Shown here: piece by piece, positions 40,683 to 47,995 of the stretch
Layout: each line of letters opens with the position of its first letter
Numbering within the stretch: the first letter of the stretch is position 1
Virus record (IMG/VR): IMGVR_UViG_3300012933_000171
Coordinates: 1 to 64,000 of that record
Length of the DNA stretch: 64,000 nucleotides
From: a virus
Lineage: Duplodnaviria; Caudoviricetes
Reading direction: 5' to 3' (one strand)
Notes under the pieces: model-generated
Databases searched by the model: none
Told to the model about the DNA's origin: nothing
The model's input: only the letters and a program-made list of their open reading frames with translations
Position numbers and translations under genes: made by a program

Positions 40683-42173
40683 ATGAATTATATTGGTATC
40701 AGTTGCGGGTTTCACGATGCCGCAATATCCGTCGTCAGTGACAAGGGTGAAGTACTATTTGCTGACCATTCAGAACGTCATAGTAAAATCAAGCACGACA
40801 AAGAGTTGTGTGAAGGTTTAATACAAGAAGCATTGAAACACGCAGGTAGTGACTATGAACTTCACTTCTATGAAAGACCAGTAAAGAAGTTCTTGCGTAG
40901 ACTACGTGCAGGGGAGAAACCCTCACTATCTTCAATGTTCACTTGTATGAATATTGGATTAAAGAATACCAAACTGTTACGTAACGGTAAGTATCGTACT
41001 CTACACACGCATGACCATCACAAGACTCATGCGGCATCAGGGTTTCAAACTAGCCCCTACGATGATGCAACTGTAGTAGTGATTGATAGTATCGGAGAGT
41101 TTGAAACTATCACTATATGGGATGCTACATACGTTAATGGCATCGCACAGTATAAGAAGATATATAGTCAGACATATCCTGATTCAATTGGATTGTTCTA
41201 TAGTGCTATGACTAAACGTGTAGGACTCAAGCCCCTAGATGAAGAATATATCTTAATGGGTATGAGTGCTTATGGCAACCCAACACATGCATCCAAAATG
41301 TATAGCGACTTTATCGAAGATGCAGTAGAATTAAAGTTTAGAGAGAACTTGCATGTTGGTGTACCTGATGATTATCTAGAGGGTGCCGATATTATGGATA
41401 TTGCTAATTCTAGTCAACTGGTAGTTGAGCATTTGATTGACAAAGTAATATTAAAAGCTAGACTATTAGGTAAGAGCAAGAACCTAGTATATAGTGGTGG
41501 AGTAGCATTAAATTGTCTTGCTAACAGAAACTTAGGGAAATACTTTGAACAAATATGGATTATGCCTAATCCCGGTGATGCTGGGAGTAGCCTTGGCGCT
41601 GCCTGTCTGGCTTATGGGGGTAAAGTTAACTGGAACAATAGTTATCTTGGGTTTGATATTCATGGTGATTATCCTGTTGATGACTTACTTAATGAGTTGC
41701 TTACTACACAAATTGTGGGAGTGGCTTCCGGGCGAGCCGAATTCGGACCTAGGAGTCTTGGAAACCGCTCGTTACTTGCTGACCCCAGAAGAAAAGAAAT
41801 CAAGGAAAAAGTAAATGACATTAAACGTAGACAACAATATAGACCCTTTGCGCCAGTTATTCTGGAAGAGTTGGTTCATCAGCATTTTATCATGCCTAGT
41901 AATTGGGATAACAGTCGGTATATGCAAGTCGTCAGTACTTGCAGGCATCCTGACTTATTTCCTGCTATCGTTCATCATGACGGGACTAGTCGTGTCCAAA
42001 CTGTCCCGAACGACGGATCGGGAATAAGAAAACTCTTAGAAGCATGGTATAAAGAAACGGGCTGTCCTATGTTACTTAACACAAGTTTGAACATTAGAGG
42101 TGAGCCAATGGTTAACGATAGATATGATGCAGATAGATTTGAAACTATGTACGGAGTGAAAGTTTGTAGCTAA
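40683..42173 (+). CDS. O-carbamoyltransferase (NodU/CmcH family)
   Basis: GIS..FHDAA, HHKTHAASG, GGVALNC, PGDAGSSLG, EFGPRSLGNRSLLADP, RPFAP, LNTSLN..GEPMV. Confidence 0.92.
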   Translation: MNYIGISCGFHDAAISVVSDKGEVLFADHSERHSKIKHDKELCEGLIQEALKHAGSDYELHFYERPVKKFLRRLRAGEKPSLSSMFTCMNIGLKNTKLLRNGKYRTLHTHDHHKTHAASGFQTSPYDDATVVVIDSIGEFETITIWDATYVNGIAQYKKIYSQTYPDSIGLFYSAMTKRVGLKPLDEEYILMGMSAYGNPTHASKMYSDFIEDAVELKFRENLHVGVPDDYLEGADIMDIANSSQLVVEHLIDKVILKARLLGKSKNLVYSGGVALNCLANRNLGKYFEQIWIMPNPGDAGSSLGAACLAYGGKVNWNNSYLGFDIHGDYPVDDLLNELLTTQIVGVASGRAEFGPRSLGNRSLLADPRRKEIKEKVNDIKRRQQYRPFAPVILEELVHQHFIMPSNWDNSRYMQVVSTCRHPDLFPAIVHHDGTSRVQTVPNDGSGIRKLLEAWYKETGCPMLLNTSLNIRGEPMVNDRYDADRFETMYGVKVCS

Positions 42174-43909
42174 TGGATATTCAACGTAGAATAGAATTAT
42201 TTAAACAAGGTTATTGGGAAGTTCCTGATAACCTTGATACCACTCACTTCGATTTTAATTGGAGACCTGATCCTTATGATAGACCCTATATCCACCAATT
42301 TGGTACTCAATGGCAAAAGACCGGAGGTCCACGATTCATTATTCCAGAGAATGAAGGAATCAAGTATCAATCACATCAACACGCTATTAGACTGGCTCAG
42401 CCAAACGAGCGCAACTGGCGCCCCCTTAAAGCGAATGTTAGCATGGATTATAGTTGGCATCCTGATGATACCGAGCCTCCCTTTATATATGTTTTTGGAA
42501 ATCAGTGGTATGATGTTCACACTATGCCTACGATTCAGTACCGTGTTAAAGGTGCTACTGAGAAAAAGTATATCACGGACATCAGAGCAAAATTGGACCC
42601 ATGTATGGACAGATGGGAGTCGCCGGACGATATTGGAGACTTTGACTACAGCTGGGAACCGCATCCTGATGAACCACCATTCATCTGGCAGTTCGGCACT
42701 CAATGGCAAAAGAACGGCGGTCCCAAGTATAAGGCTGAAAATGCGACCGTAGTGAAATACTCAGATGTCCAACGTGCAACTAAACTACCCAATAAAGATA
42801 ATCGCAATTGGAGAATAATCGAACCCATTGATATAGAGAGTTTTGATTTTTCTTGGCATCCTGATGATACAGAAGAACCATACAGATATATCTTTGGTAA
42901 CGAGTATCATTCAAGTAAGATTATGCCAACAGTAATGTATAAAGTTTCCGGAGCAAGTTCTGTGAAACACATTACAGACATTAACGCAAAACTCTTAGTC
43001 GATAAAGTATCATTTGTAGATTCTATCTATGATGCAGTTATGGAACATCGATTTGATACAGGATATGTACATTTTCAGAATAGCCAGCATCCAACAGACT
43101 ACAAGATGTTTATCCCTAACTATGAGAATGAAAAACAATATATTCACATCATAGACAACAACGCAGCAATCGTTCCAAAAGGAATCAAACATACTTTATA
43201 TGACAAGTTGACAGATTATCCTTATATTAAGCATGATTGCAGTACATATGAAAAGCCACTAGACATTATCTTCTTTAGTAACGGAGAAACTTGTGCAGAA
43301 GAAAACTATCAACGTTTAGTTGATATGAACTTACCTAATCGTTTAGTAAGAGTTGATGGAGTTAACGGTCGTGTAGCTAGTCAACATGCCGCAGCGAATA
43401 GCAGCGAAACACCGTGGTACTTCTTAGTCAATGCAAAGTTAAGAGTTGACGAATCATTTGACTTTAGTTGGCAACCCGACATTATGAAGTCACGTAGACA
43501 TTATATCTTTAGAGCAAAGAATCCTATCAACGGATTAGTCTATGGACATATGGCTATGGTCGCTAACAATAAGAAACTTACACTAGAGACTACGGGTAAT
43601 GGACTTGACTTTACAATGGAAAGAGCCCATGAAGTTGTAGATATATTGTCTGGCGAAGCTGTGTTTAACAGTGAATGGGATATATGGCGCACTAGCTTTA
43701 GAGAATGTATTAAGCTGTGTAACGCAACCGACGAACAATCTAAAGAACGTTTACATATATGGACAACTGTTGCTTCTGGTCCGTTTGCCCAAAGTTGTTT
43801 ACAGGGTGCTAAGGATGCAGTAGAATACTATGAATCAGTCAACGGAGACTTTGAAAAACTCAAATTATCCTATGATTGGGCATGGTTAAGAGAGAAATTC
43901 AATAAATAA
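42173..43909 (+). CDS. Repeat-containing glycosyltransferase-like protein
   Basis: Four D(F/Y)xW.P.....P(Y/F)I..FG.(Q/E) repeats, followed by a C-terminal domain paralogous to 30355-31302. Confidence 0.55.
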   Translation: MDIQRRIELFKQGYWEVPDNLDTTHFDFNWRPDPYDRPYIHQFGTQWQKTGGPRFIIPENEGIKYQSHQHAIRLAQPNERNWRPLKANVSMDYSWHPDDTEPPFIYVFGNQWYDVHTMPTIQYRVKGATEKKYITDIRAKLDPCMDRWESPDDIGDFDYSWEPHPDEPPFIWQFGTQWQKNGGPKYKAENATVVKYSDVQRATKLPNKDNRNWRIIEPIDIESFDFSWHPDDTEEPYRYIFGNEYHSSKIMPTVMYKVSGASSVKHITDINAKLLVDKVSFVDSIYDAVMEHRFDTGYVHFQNSQHPTDYKMFIPNYENEKQYIHIIDNNAAIVPKGIKHTLYDKLTDYPYIKHDCSTYEKPLDIIFFSNGETCAEENYQRLVDMNLPNRLVRVDGVNGRVASQHAAANSSETPWYFLVNAKLRVDESFDFSWQPDIMKSRRHYIFRAKNPINGLVYGHMAMVANNKKLTLETTGNGLDFTMERAHEVVDILSGEAVFNSEWDIWRTSFRECIKLCNATDEQSKERLHIWTTVASGPFAQSCLQGAKDAVEYYESVNGDFEKLKLSYDWAWLREKFNK

Positions 43910-43913
43910 GTAC

Positions 43914-44009
43914 ATGACGTACTTATTTTGGATAGTCATCGCAGGATTAGTTGGTGGAGCCATCTATTGGATAATGGATTGGAAGAAGCAATTTCCTGAC
44001 GGTGAATGA
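43914..44009 (+). CDS. 31-aa single-pass membrane peptide (not in ORF track)
   Basis: MTYLFWIVIAGLVGGAIYWIMDWKKQFPDGE*. ATG is 5 nt after TAAATA (43903). Confidence 0.55.
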   Translation: MTYLFWIVIAGLVGGAIYWIMDWKKQFPDGE

Positions 44010-44011
44010 TT

Positions 44012-44390
44012 ATTGCTGTATGAAGCGGATAGAAAAGTGTTCTGGACGCGGGTTCGACTCCCGCCAGGTCCACCATAAAGCATACTAGTCGGCGACTAAG
44101 CGTATTGCACGGTCTCTTCGGAGTGAAAGGGTCAGTGGTTCGATTCCACATAGTGTGTTTTATAATGGGCCTGTCATGGTTTCGACAGGGCAACAAGTAA
44201 GTAAGTGGACAGCACGGGAATGTGAAACCCGTAGGATTGGGGGTAAGAGTACAGTAATGTCATGTCAATATGATATCAGTATTTCCCGGTCGCAGAAGCA
44301 AAAAACTTAAATGCAAATGACGAAAGTTACGCATTGGCCGCTTGATAAAAGCGTCCTGGGGTAAGACATACCTCGCAACAGAAACTCAGA
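44012..44390 (+). ncRNA. ssrA: Two-piece (circularly permuted) tmRNA. Acceptor piece ~44012-44075, intervening segment 44076-44166, coding piece from 44167, tag (A)ANDESYALAA*
   Basis: GACGCGGGTTCGACTCCCGCCAGGTCCACCA (T-arm + CCA) precedes GGGCCTG...GGTTTCGAC. GGGCCTG pairs with CAGGTCC including G3:U70. TGCTGT pairs with ACAGCA (P2). Tag ORF at 44313-44345. Confidence 0.93.
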
Positions 44391-44416
44391 AAAGGCTCTT
44401 CGGAGCCTTTTTCTTT
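44389..44416 (+). terminator. Rho-independent terminator after tmRNA
   Basis: AAAAGGCTC-TTCG-GAGCCTTTTTCTTT, a cUUCGg hairpin with a U tract. Confidence 0.9.
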
Positions 44417-44462
44417 GTCAACGTAATGTAAGGCAAAGGCGTTGTATATATAAGGAGCTTAT

Positions 44463-44597
44463 ATGCAACTAACTAAACCCAAAGAACATTCCGACGACAA
44501 GCCTAGCAAGTACGAGACAATTTTTCTAATTAGAACTTGCTCACGAGGTTGCCCTAATTGCGACAAGAAACGCATAGGAACATGTCAGTGTAAGTAA
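44463..44597 (+). CDS. 44-aa Cys-rich protein (not in ORF track)
   Basis: AAGGAG RBS. MQLTKPKEHSDDKPSKYETIFLIRTCSRGCPNCDKKRIGTCQCK*. Confidence 0.55.
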   Translation: MQLTKPKEHSDDKPSKYETIFLIRTCSRGCPNCDKKRIGTCQCK

Positions 44598-44606
44598 CCT
44601 TTTTTG

Positions 44607-44634
44607 TTGCACTAGTCCTAGAATAATATATACT
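44607..44634 (+). promoter_or_regulatory. Sigma70-like promoter (leaderless transcript)
   Basis: TTGCAC-16 nt-TATACT with ATG 6 nt downstream. Confidence 0.5.
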
Positions 44635-44640
44635 AGCACT

Positions 44641-44949
44641 ATGAGTAACGAAACAGCTAAATTTATCAACAGCCAACGCCGTCACAAAACGGACGTTCAC
44701 ATTGCTAGACAAGTGAAGATTGCCAGACAAAGTTTGTCACATGACACTTCTAAAGTTGCTAGACAACCACACCGTTTAGCAAAACGACATGCTATGGATT
44801 GCGGTAATCCAAAGTGCTATCTATGTGGTAACCCACGCAAAACTCACAAAGACAAATTAACAGCGCAAGAAAAACGTTTGTACCAAGATGTAGATAAGAC
44901 TACTGATAGACATTCAAACGGACTTCCGTCAACAGACATTGATGAATAA
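44641..44949 (+). CDS. Basic hypothetical protein with CxxxxCxxC motif
   Basis: HRLAKRHAMDCGNPKCYLCGNPRK. Confidence 0.7.
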   Translation: MSNETAKFINSQRRHKTDVHIARQVKIARQSLSHDTSKVARQPHRLAKRHAMDCGNPKCYLCGNPRKTHKDKLTAQEKRLYQDVDKTTDRHSNGLPSTDIDE

Positions 44950-44952
44950 TTT

Positions 44953-44975
44953 AGGGCACATAGGTGCCCTTTTTT
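44953..44975 (+). terminator. Rho-independent terminator
   Basis: AGGGCAC-ATAG-GTGCCCT followed by a T run. Confidence 0.8.
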
Positions 44976-44976
44976 G

Positions 44977-45005
44977 TTGCATAACCTAATATATACGTAT
45001 ATAAT
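44977..45005 (+). promoter_or_regulatory. Sigma70-like promoter
   Basis: TTGCAT-17 nt-TATAAT. Confidence 0.6.
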
Positions 45006-45074
45006 GTATCTCATAGAGCACTAAGTAAATGTTCTGAGTGCTCTACTCAAGTGCTCTAGTATAGAAAGAAGGAA

Positions 45075-45440
45075 ATGTCAAATTTAGGTTGTTTTACTTG
45101 TTTAAGTTGTGGAAAAGTTAATCCTATCAAAGGTCACTCATACACTAACAAGTACTGTAATAATAGTTGCCAACAAGAACACCAACGCAGAAACAAGGCG
45201 TTTGAGAATGTTCAGAAATGGAAAGAATCAGCTACGCCACAAGCGTGGGCAAAGATTCCCGAGTGGGTAAGACAGTACTTGATTAATCAAAGAGAACATC
45301 GTTGCCAGGAATGTGATAACACACATCATAACGGTCTAGCTATCCCATTAGATGTAATCTATAAAGATGGTGACAGTTACAACAACAAAGAAGATAATCT
45401 AATGTTGATATGCCCTAATTGCAAGTCACAAAGAAAATAA
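45075..45440 (+). CDS. HNH-endonuclease-like zinc-binding protein (catalytic His apparently lost)
   Basis: CLSC..KYCNNSC, then CQEC...LDVIYKDGDSYNN..DNL.LICPNC. The usual 'HHIDG' reads 'IYKDG'. Confidence 0.6.
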   Translation: MSNLGCFTCLSCGKVNPIKGHSYTNKYCNNSCQQEHQRRNKAFENVQKWKESATPQAWAKIPEWVRQYLINQREHRCQECDNTHHNGLAIPLDVIYKDGDSYNNKEDNLMLICPNCKSQRK

Positions 45441-45464
45441 TTCATTAACATAAAGGAAATTAAA

Positions 45465-46010
45465 ATGAAAACAATCGGCGATAAAATCACAAGTTTTGCA
45501 GTCACAGGCGTTAAGCCAGGCGCACTCACACCAGATGGCGCATTCGAAACAATTACTGAAAAGAGTTTTGAAGGCAAGTGGAAAGTAATTGTTTACTACC
45601 CAAAGGACTTCACATTCGTGTGCCCAACTGAAATCGTAGCATACGACAAATTGAATGGCGACTTCGCAGACCGCGATGCTGTTCTAATGATTGGCTCTAC
45701 TGATAATGAATTCTGTAAGTTGGCATGGCGTAATGCACATGAAGACTTGAAGAAGACTAACTCATGGTCATTCGCAGACGTGGCACGTGATGAGAACAGC
45801 TTGGCAGAACAATTGGGTATCTTCTATGGTCCAGCAGGTGCGGCACTTCGTGCAACATTCATCGTTGACCCAGACAACATCATCCAACACGTTACAGTCA
45901 ACAACTTGGACGTTGGTCGTAACCCAGACGAAGCATTGCGTGTACTTGACGCATTGCAAACTGGCGAGTTGTGCCCATGCTCACGCCCAATCGGTGGAGA
46001 AACATTGTAA
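45465..46010 (+). CDS. ahpC: Alkyl hydroperoxide reductase C (2-Cys peroxiredoxin)
   Basis: YPKDFTFVCPTE, RATFIVDP, VGRNPDE.LRVLDALQTGELCPC. Confidence 0.95.
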   Translation: MKTIGDKITSFAVTGVKPGALTPDGAFETITEKSFEGKWKVIVYYPKDFTFVCPTEIVAYDKLNGDFADRDAVLMIGSTDNEFCKLAWRNAHEDLKKTNSWSFADVARDENSLAEQLGIFYGPAGAALRATFIVDPDNIIQHVTVNNLDVGRNPDEALRVLDALQTGELCPCSRPIGGETL

Positions 46011-46528
46011 TGACTGCTTGGGTAGACGCACTTAAAGAGTCTAGTATTCCTGACTATGCTAAGGATACTAAACTAAACATTGACGCTGTAATTAAGCGTA
46101 GTACTCTACCTGTTGAAGAAGCGGAAGCTGTTGCCCTCGCGGCAGCTTTTGCTACTGGCAACAGTAAGTTGTGGACTTGGATGGAAAGTCAAATTGAAAA
46201 CAAGACTGAAACACAAGCCGCATTAACAGCAGGTGCATTGATGGCACAAAACAACATGTGGTATCCATTTGTTGAAATGGCTGACGATGAGAACTTGAAG
46301 GGCTTGCCCGCACAACTTCGCATGAACGCTATCACAACAAGCGGTGGCACAACTAAAGAACGATTTGAAGCATATTCATTGGCTGCAAGTATCGTTGGTA
46401 AGTGTCACTTCTGTGTGAAAGCACACTACGAAGGATTGAAGAAGATGGGCTACACTGTAGAACAACTTCGTGATATCGGTCGCATTGCAAGTGTCATTAA
46501 TTCAGTAGCAAAAGTGGTAGCAAACTAA
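46010..46528 (+). CDS. ahpD: Alkyl hydroperoxide reductase D
   Basis: PDYAKD.KLN, MAQNN.WY, SLAAS.VGKCHFCVKAH. Start set at ATG 46010 (TAATG overlap). Confidence 0.92.
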   Translation: MTAWVDALKESSIPDYAKDTKLNIDAVIKRSTLPVEEAEAVALAAAFATGNSKLWTWMESQIENKTETQAALTAGALMAQNNMWYPFVEMADDENLKGLPAQLRMNAITTSGGTTKERFEAYSLAASIVGKCHFCVKAHYEGLKKMGYTVEQLRDIGRIASVINSVAKVVAN

Positions 46529-46529
46529 A

Positions 46530-46922
46530 ATGGCAAACATGGCAGAGTACTTTGAAAAGAATCGTTATCATGGCTCATATGAGTTCGGTGAACGAGTTTT
46601 CGGTTATTACAATAAGATTCCTTTCATTGGCTCTGTCGGTAGTGACAGTGTAAGGAGTATGGATGAAGGTCCTATCATCACTGTCACACTTGATTTGCCC
46701 ATTAGTGTTGATGGACAATCAAAAAATGTTATAATTGTAAAACACAAAGACATTAAATCTTTGTTGAGAGATTACGATGCGTCGGGAGTTCCAAAGGCCG
46801 GAGCGACTGATTCTAAACCAGTAGGTAGTGGGTTCAATTCCCATCCGACGCACCAAGAACAACCAAAGTCTAATAGTAAATCACTGTTAGAAAACTTAAA
46901 GAAACTTAAAGGTAAAAAATAA
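46530..46922 (+). CDS. Hypothetical protein whose 3' part overlaps a tRNA gene
   Basis: 130 aa ORF coupled to both neighbours. Codons ~84-109 coincide with a tRNA cloverleaf. Confidence 0.65.
   Translation: MANMAEYFEKNRYHGSYEFGERVFGYYNKIPFIGSVGSDSVRSMDEGPIITVTLDLPISVDGQSKNVIIVKHKDIKSLLRDYDASGVPKAGATDSKPVGSGFNSHPTHQEQPKSNSKSLLENLKKLKGKK
46708..46735 (+). promoter_or_regulatory. Candidate intragenic extended -10 promoter for the tRNA
   Basis: TTGATG-16 nt-TATAAT with TGn, ending ~43 nt upstream of the tRNA 5' end. Confidence 0.45.
46779..46855 (+). tRNA. tRNA with CUA anticodon (putative amber suppressor)
   Basis: Acceptor GCGTCGG/CCGACGC + A + encoded CCA. D arm GTTC(C)..GG..(G)GAGC. Anticodon arm ACTGA-TTCTAAA-CCAGT (CTA at 46813-46815). 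T arm GTGGG-TTCAATT-CCCAT. Confidence 0.78.
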
Positions 46923-47167
46923 TGGATATGGATAATGCGGCAGTTTTCTTAGCCGGTACAATCTTATATGCTATTGGTTTGATTGTGATTCTAGCAGCCA
47001 CTATCTTCGCAAACAACTTGATTCACAAATATTGGAAATCATTTGGCTGGTCATGGTTCCCTGCATTCTTGCAACACGATGCACCGAGATTCATGTCACC
47101 GGAAGAAGCTGCAAAGATTGACCCATCGGTAGATCCAATCAGCGGTGAAAAGCATAAACCAAAATGA
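46922..47167 (+). CDS. Small membrane protein
   Basis: N-terminal hydrophobic helix (AAVFLAGTILYAIGLIVILAATIF). Confidence 0.7.
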   Translation: MDMDNAAVFLAGTILYAIGLIVILAATIFANNLIHKYWKSFGWSWFPAFLQHDAPRFMSPEEAAKIDPSVDPISGEKHKPK

Positions 47168-47188
47168 TTTGTACGGGGCACATGCCCC

Positions 47189-47196
47189 TATAAATA
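47189..47196 (+). promoter_or_regulatory. T4-type late promoter TATAAATA
   Basis: Exact TATAAATA, preceded by a GGGGCA-CA-TGCCCC inverted repeat and followed by AAGGAG and ATG 47224. Confidence 0.65.
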
Positions 47197-47223
47197 CAAT
47201 GTCATAACTTAAGGAGAACCAAA

Positions 47224-47799
47224 ATGACACAACAATAGATTGAATACGCATGTAAAGATGTAGTGTTCCACTTTAACAAGGCACACTTACAAGACGAGAC
47301 CATTCCAATGTGGGTCTTAAAATCACATGGAGAAACCTTTTATGTTAATCATGTGGAATGCAATGTTCCGTGGAGTACGAAAGAGACCCCTGATAACCCA
47401 AGTACAAAAGGTAGCATCAAAGTCAAGAATGTATTATTGACGATTGATCCAGACAACAACGCAAACTTAACCAAGCTAACTGTTTTTGATAAAGTACGAT
47501 TACGCAACCAGAAGATGGGCATTACTCGTATTATGTTCTTGCCTAACTCTGACATTCACACTGCATTATTAGAAGACAAACTAAAGCATGGACCAATGAA
47601 ACGAATTACTGCACCTTGTACTACAGCATACATTGTGTGTGACTTGCTTGATAAAGCAGAGGCTACATTCGCTACATTGAAGTATGACACTTTCAGAGTA
47701 CTACAACCTAACGATAGCTACTACCAACGATATGACGAAGACAAAGACCACATCAGTCCTGACTACTCGGATAAAGACACCCCGTATGAGTACAGTTAA
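47224..47799 (+). CDS. Hypothetical protein with in-frame TAG at codon 5 (readthrough candidate or nonsense allele)
   Basis: AAGGAG (47211-47216)-7 nt-ATG ACA CAA CAA TAG ATT GAA TAC GCA TGT..., in frame with the 178-aa ORF called from GTG 47263, which lacks a clear SD. Confidence 0.65.
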
Positions 47800-47995
47800 C
47801 CTATTTGTTAAGGGTAATGACTTTAACGAAGTCTTTAAACATGTCACTATGAGCGGGGTAAAGTATTACCCTGTTCGTAGATGGAGTACGCTAGTACCAG
47901 TCTATACGTTCGGGTACAAAATTGAATTGGAAAAGGATCATCCGGTCGTTACCCTTTTGTTGCTCAAATATGACCTAAAAGTTTTAGATTACTAA
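47786..47995 (+). CDS. Hypothetical protein (69 aa)
   Basis: ATG 47786 gives a short overlap with the upstream stop, more plausible than the track's start at 47684. Confidence 0.5.
   Translation: MSTVNLFVKGNDFNEVFKHVTMSGVKYYPVRRWSTLVPVYTFGYKIELEKDHPVVTLLLLKYDLKVLDY

Noticed and set aside
42234-42752. Overlapping 172-aa alternate-frame ORF and 112-aa antisense ORF
   Set aside because: Both are fully inside the repeat-containing gene, with no start signals or protein-like motifs.
44076-44166. Independent canonical tRNA gene between the tmRNA halves
   Set aside because: It has a T arm but no proper D arm, anticodon arm or CCA end. Reported only as a tRNA-like element.
43936-44196. 86-aa minus-strand ORF
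   Set aside because: It is the antisense of the tmRNA acceptor piece ('VDLAGVEPAS' is a typical reverse-tRNA translation).
46779-46855. Reading the tRNA as Arg(TCT) or as tRNA-Pyl
   Set aside because: Centering TCT in the loop destroys the anticodon stem. A canonical T loop, D-loop GG and a 5-nt variable loop do not fit tRNA-Pyl, and no pyl genes are in the window.
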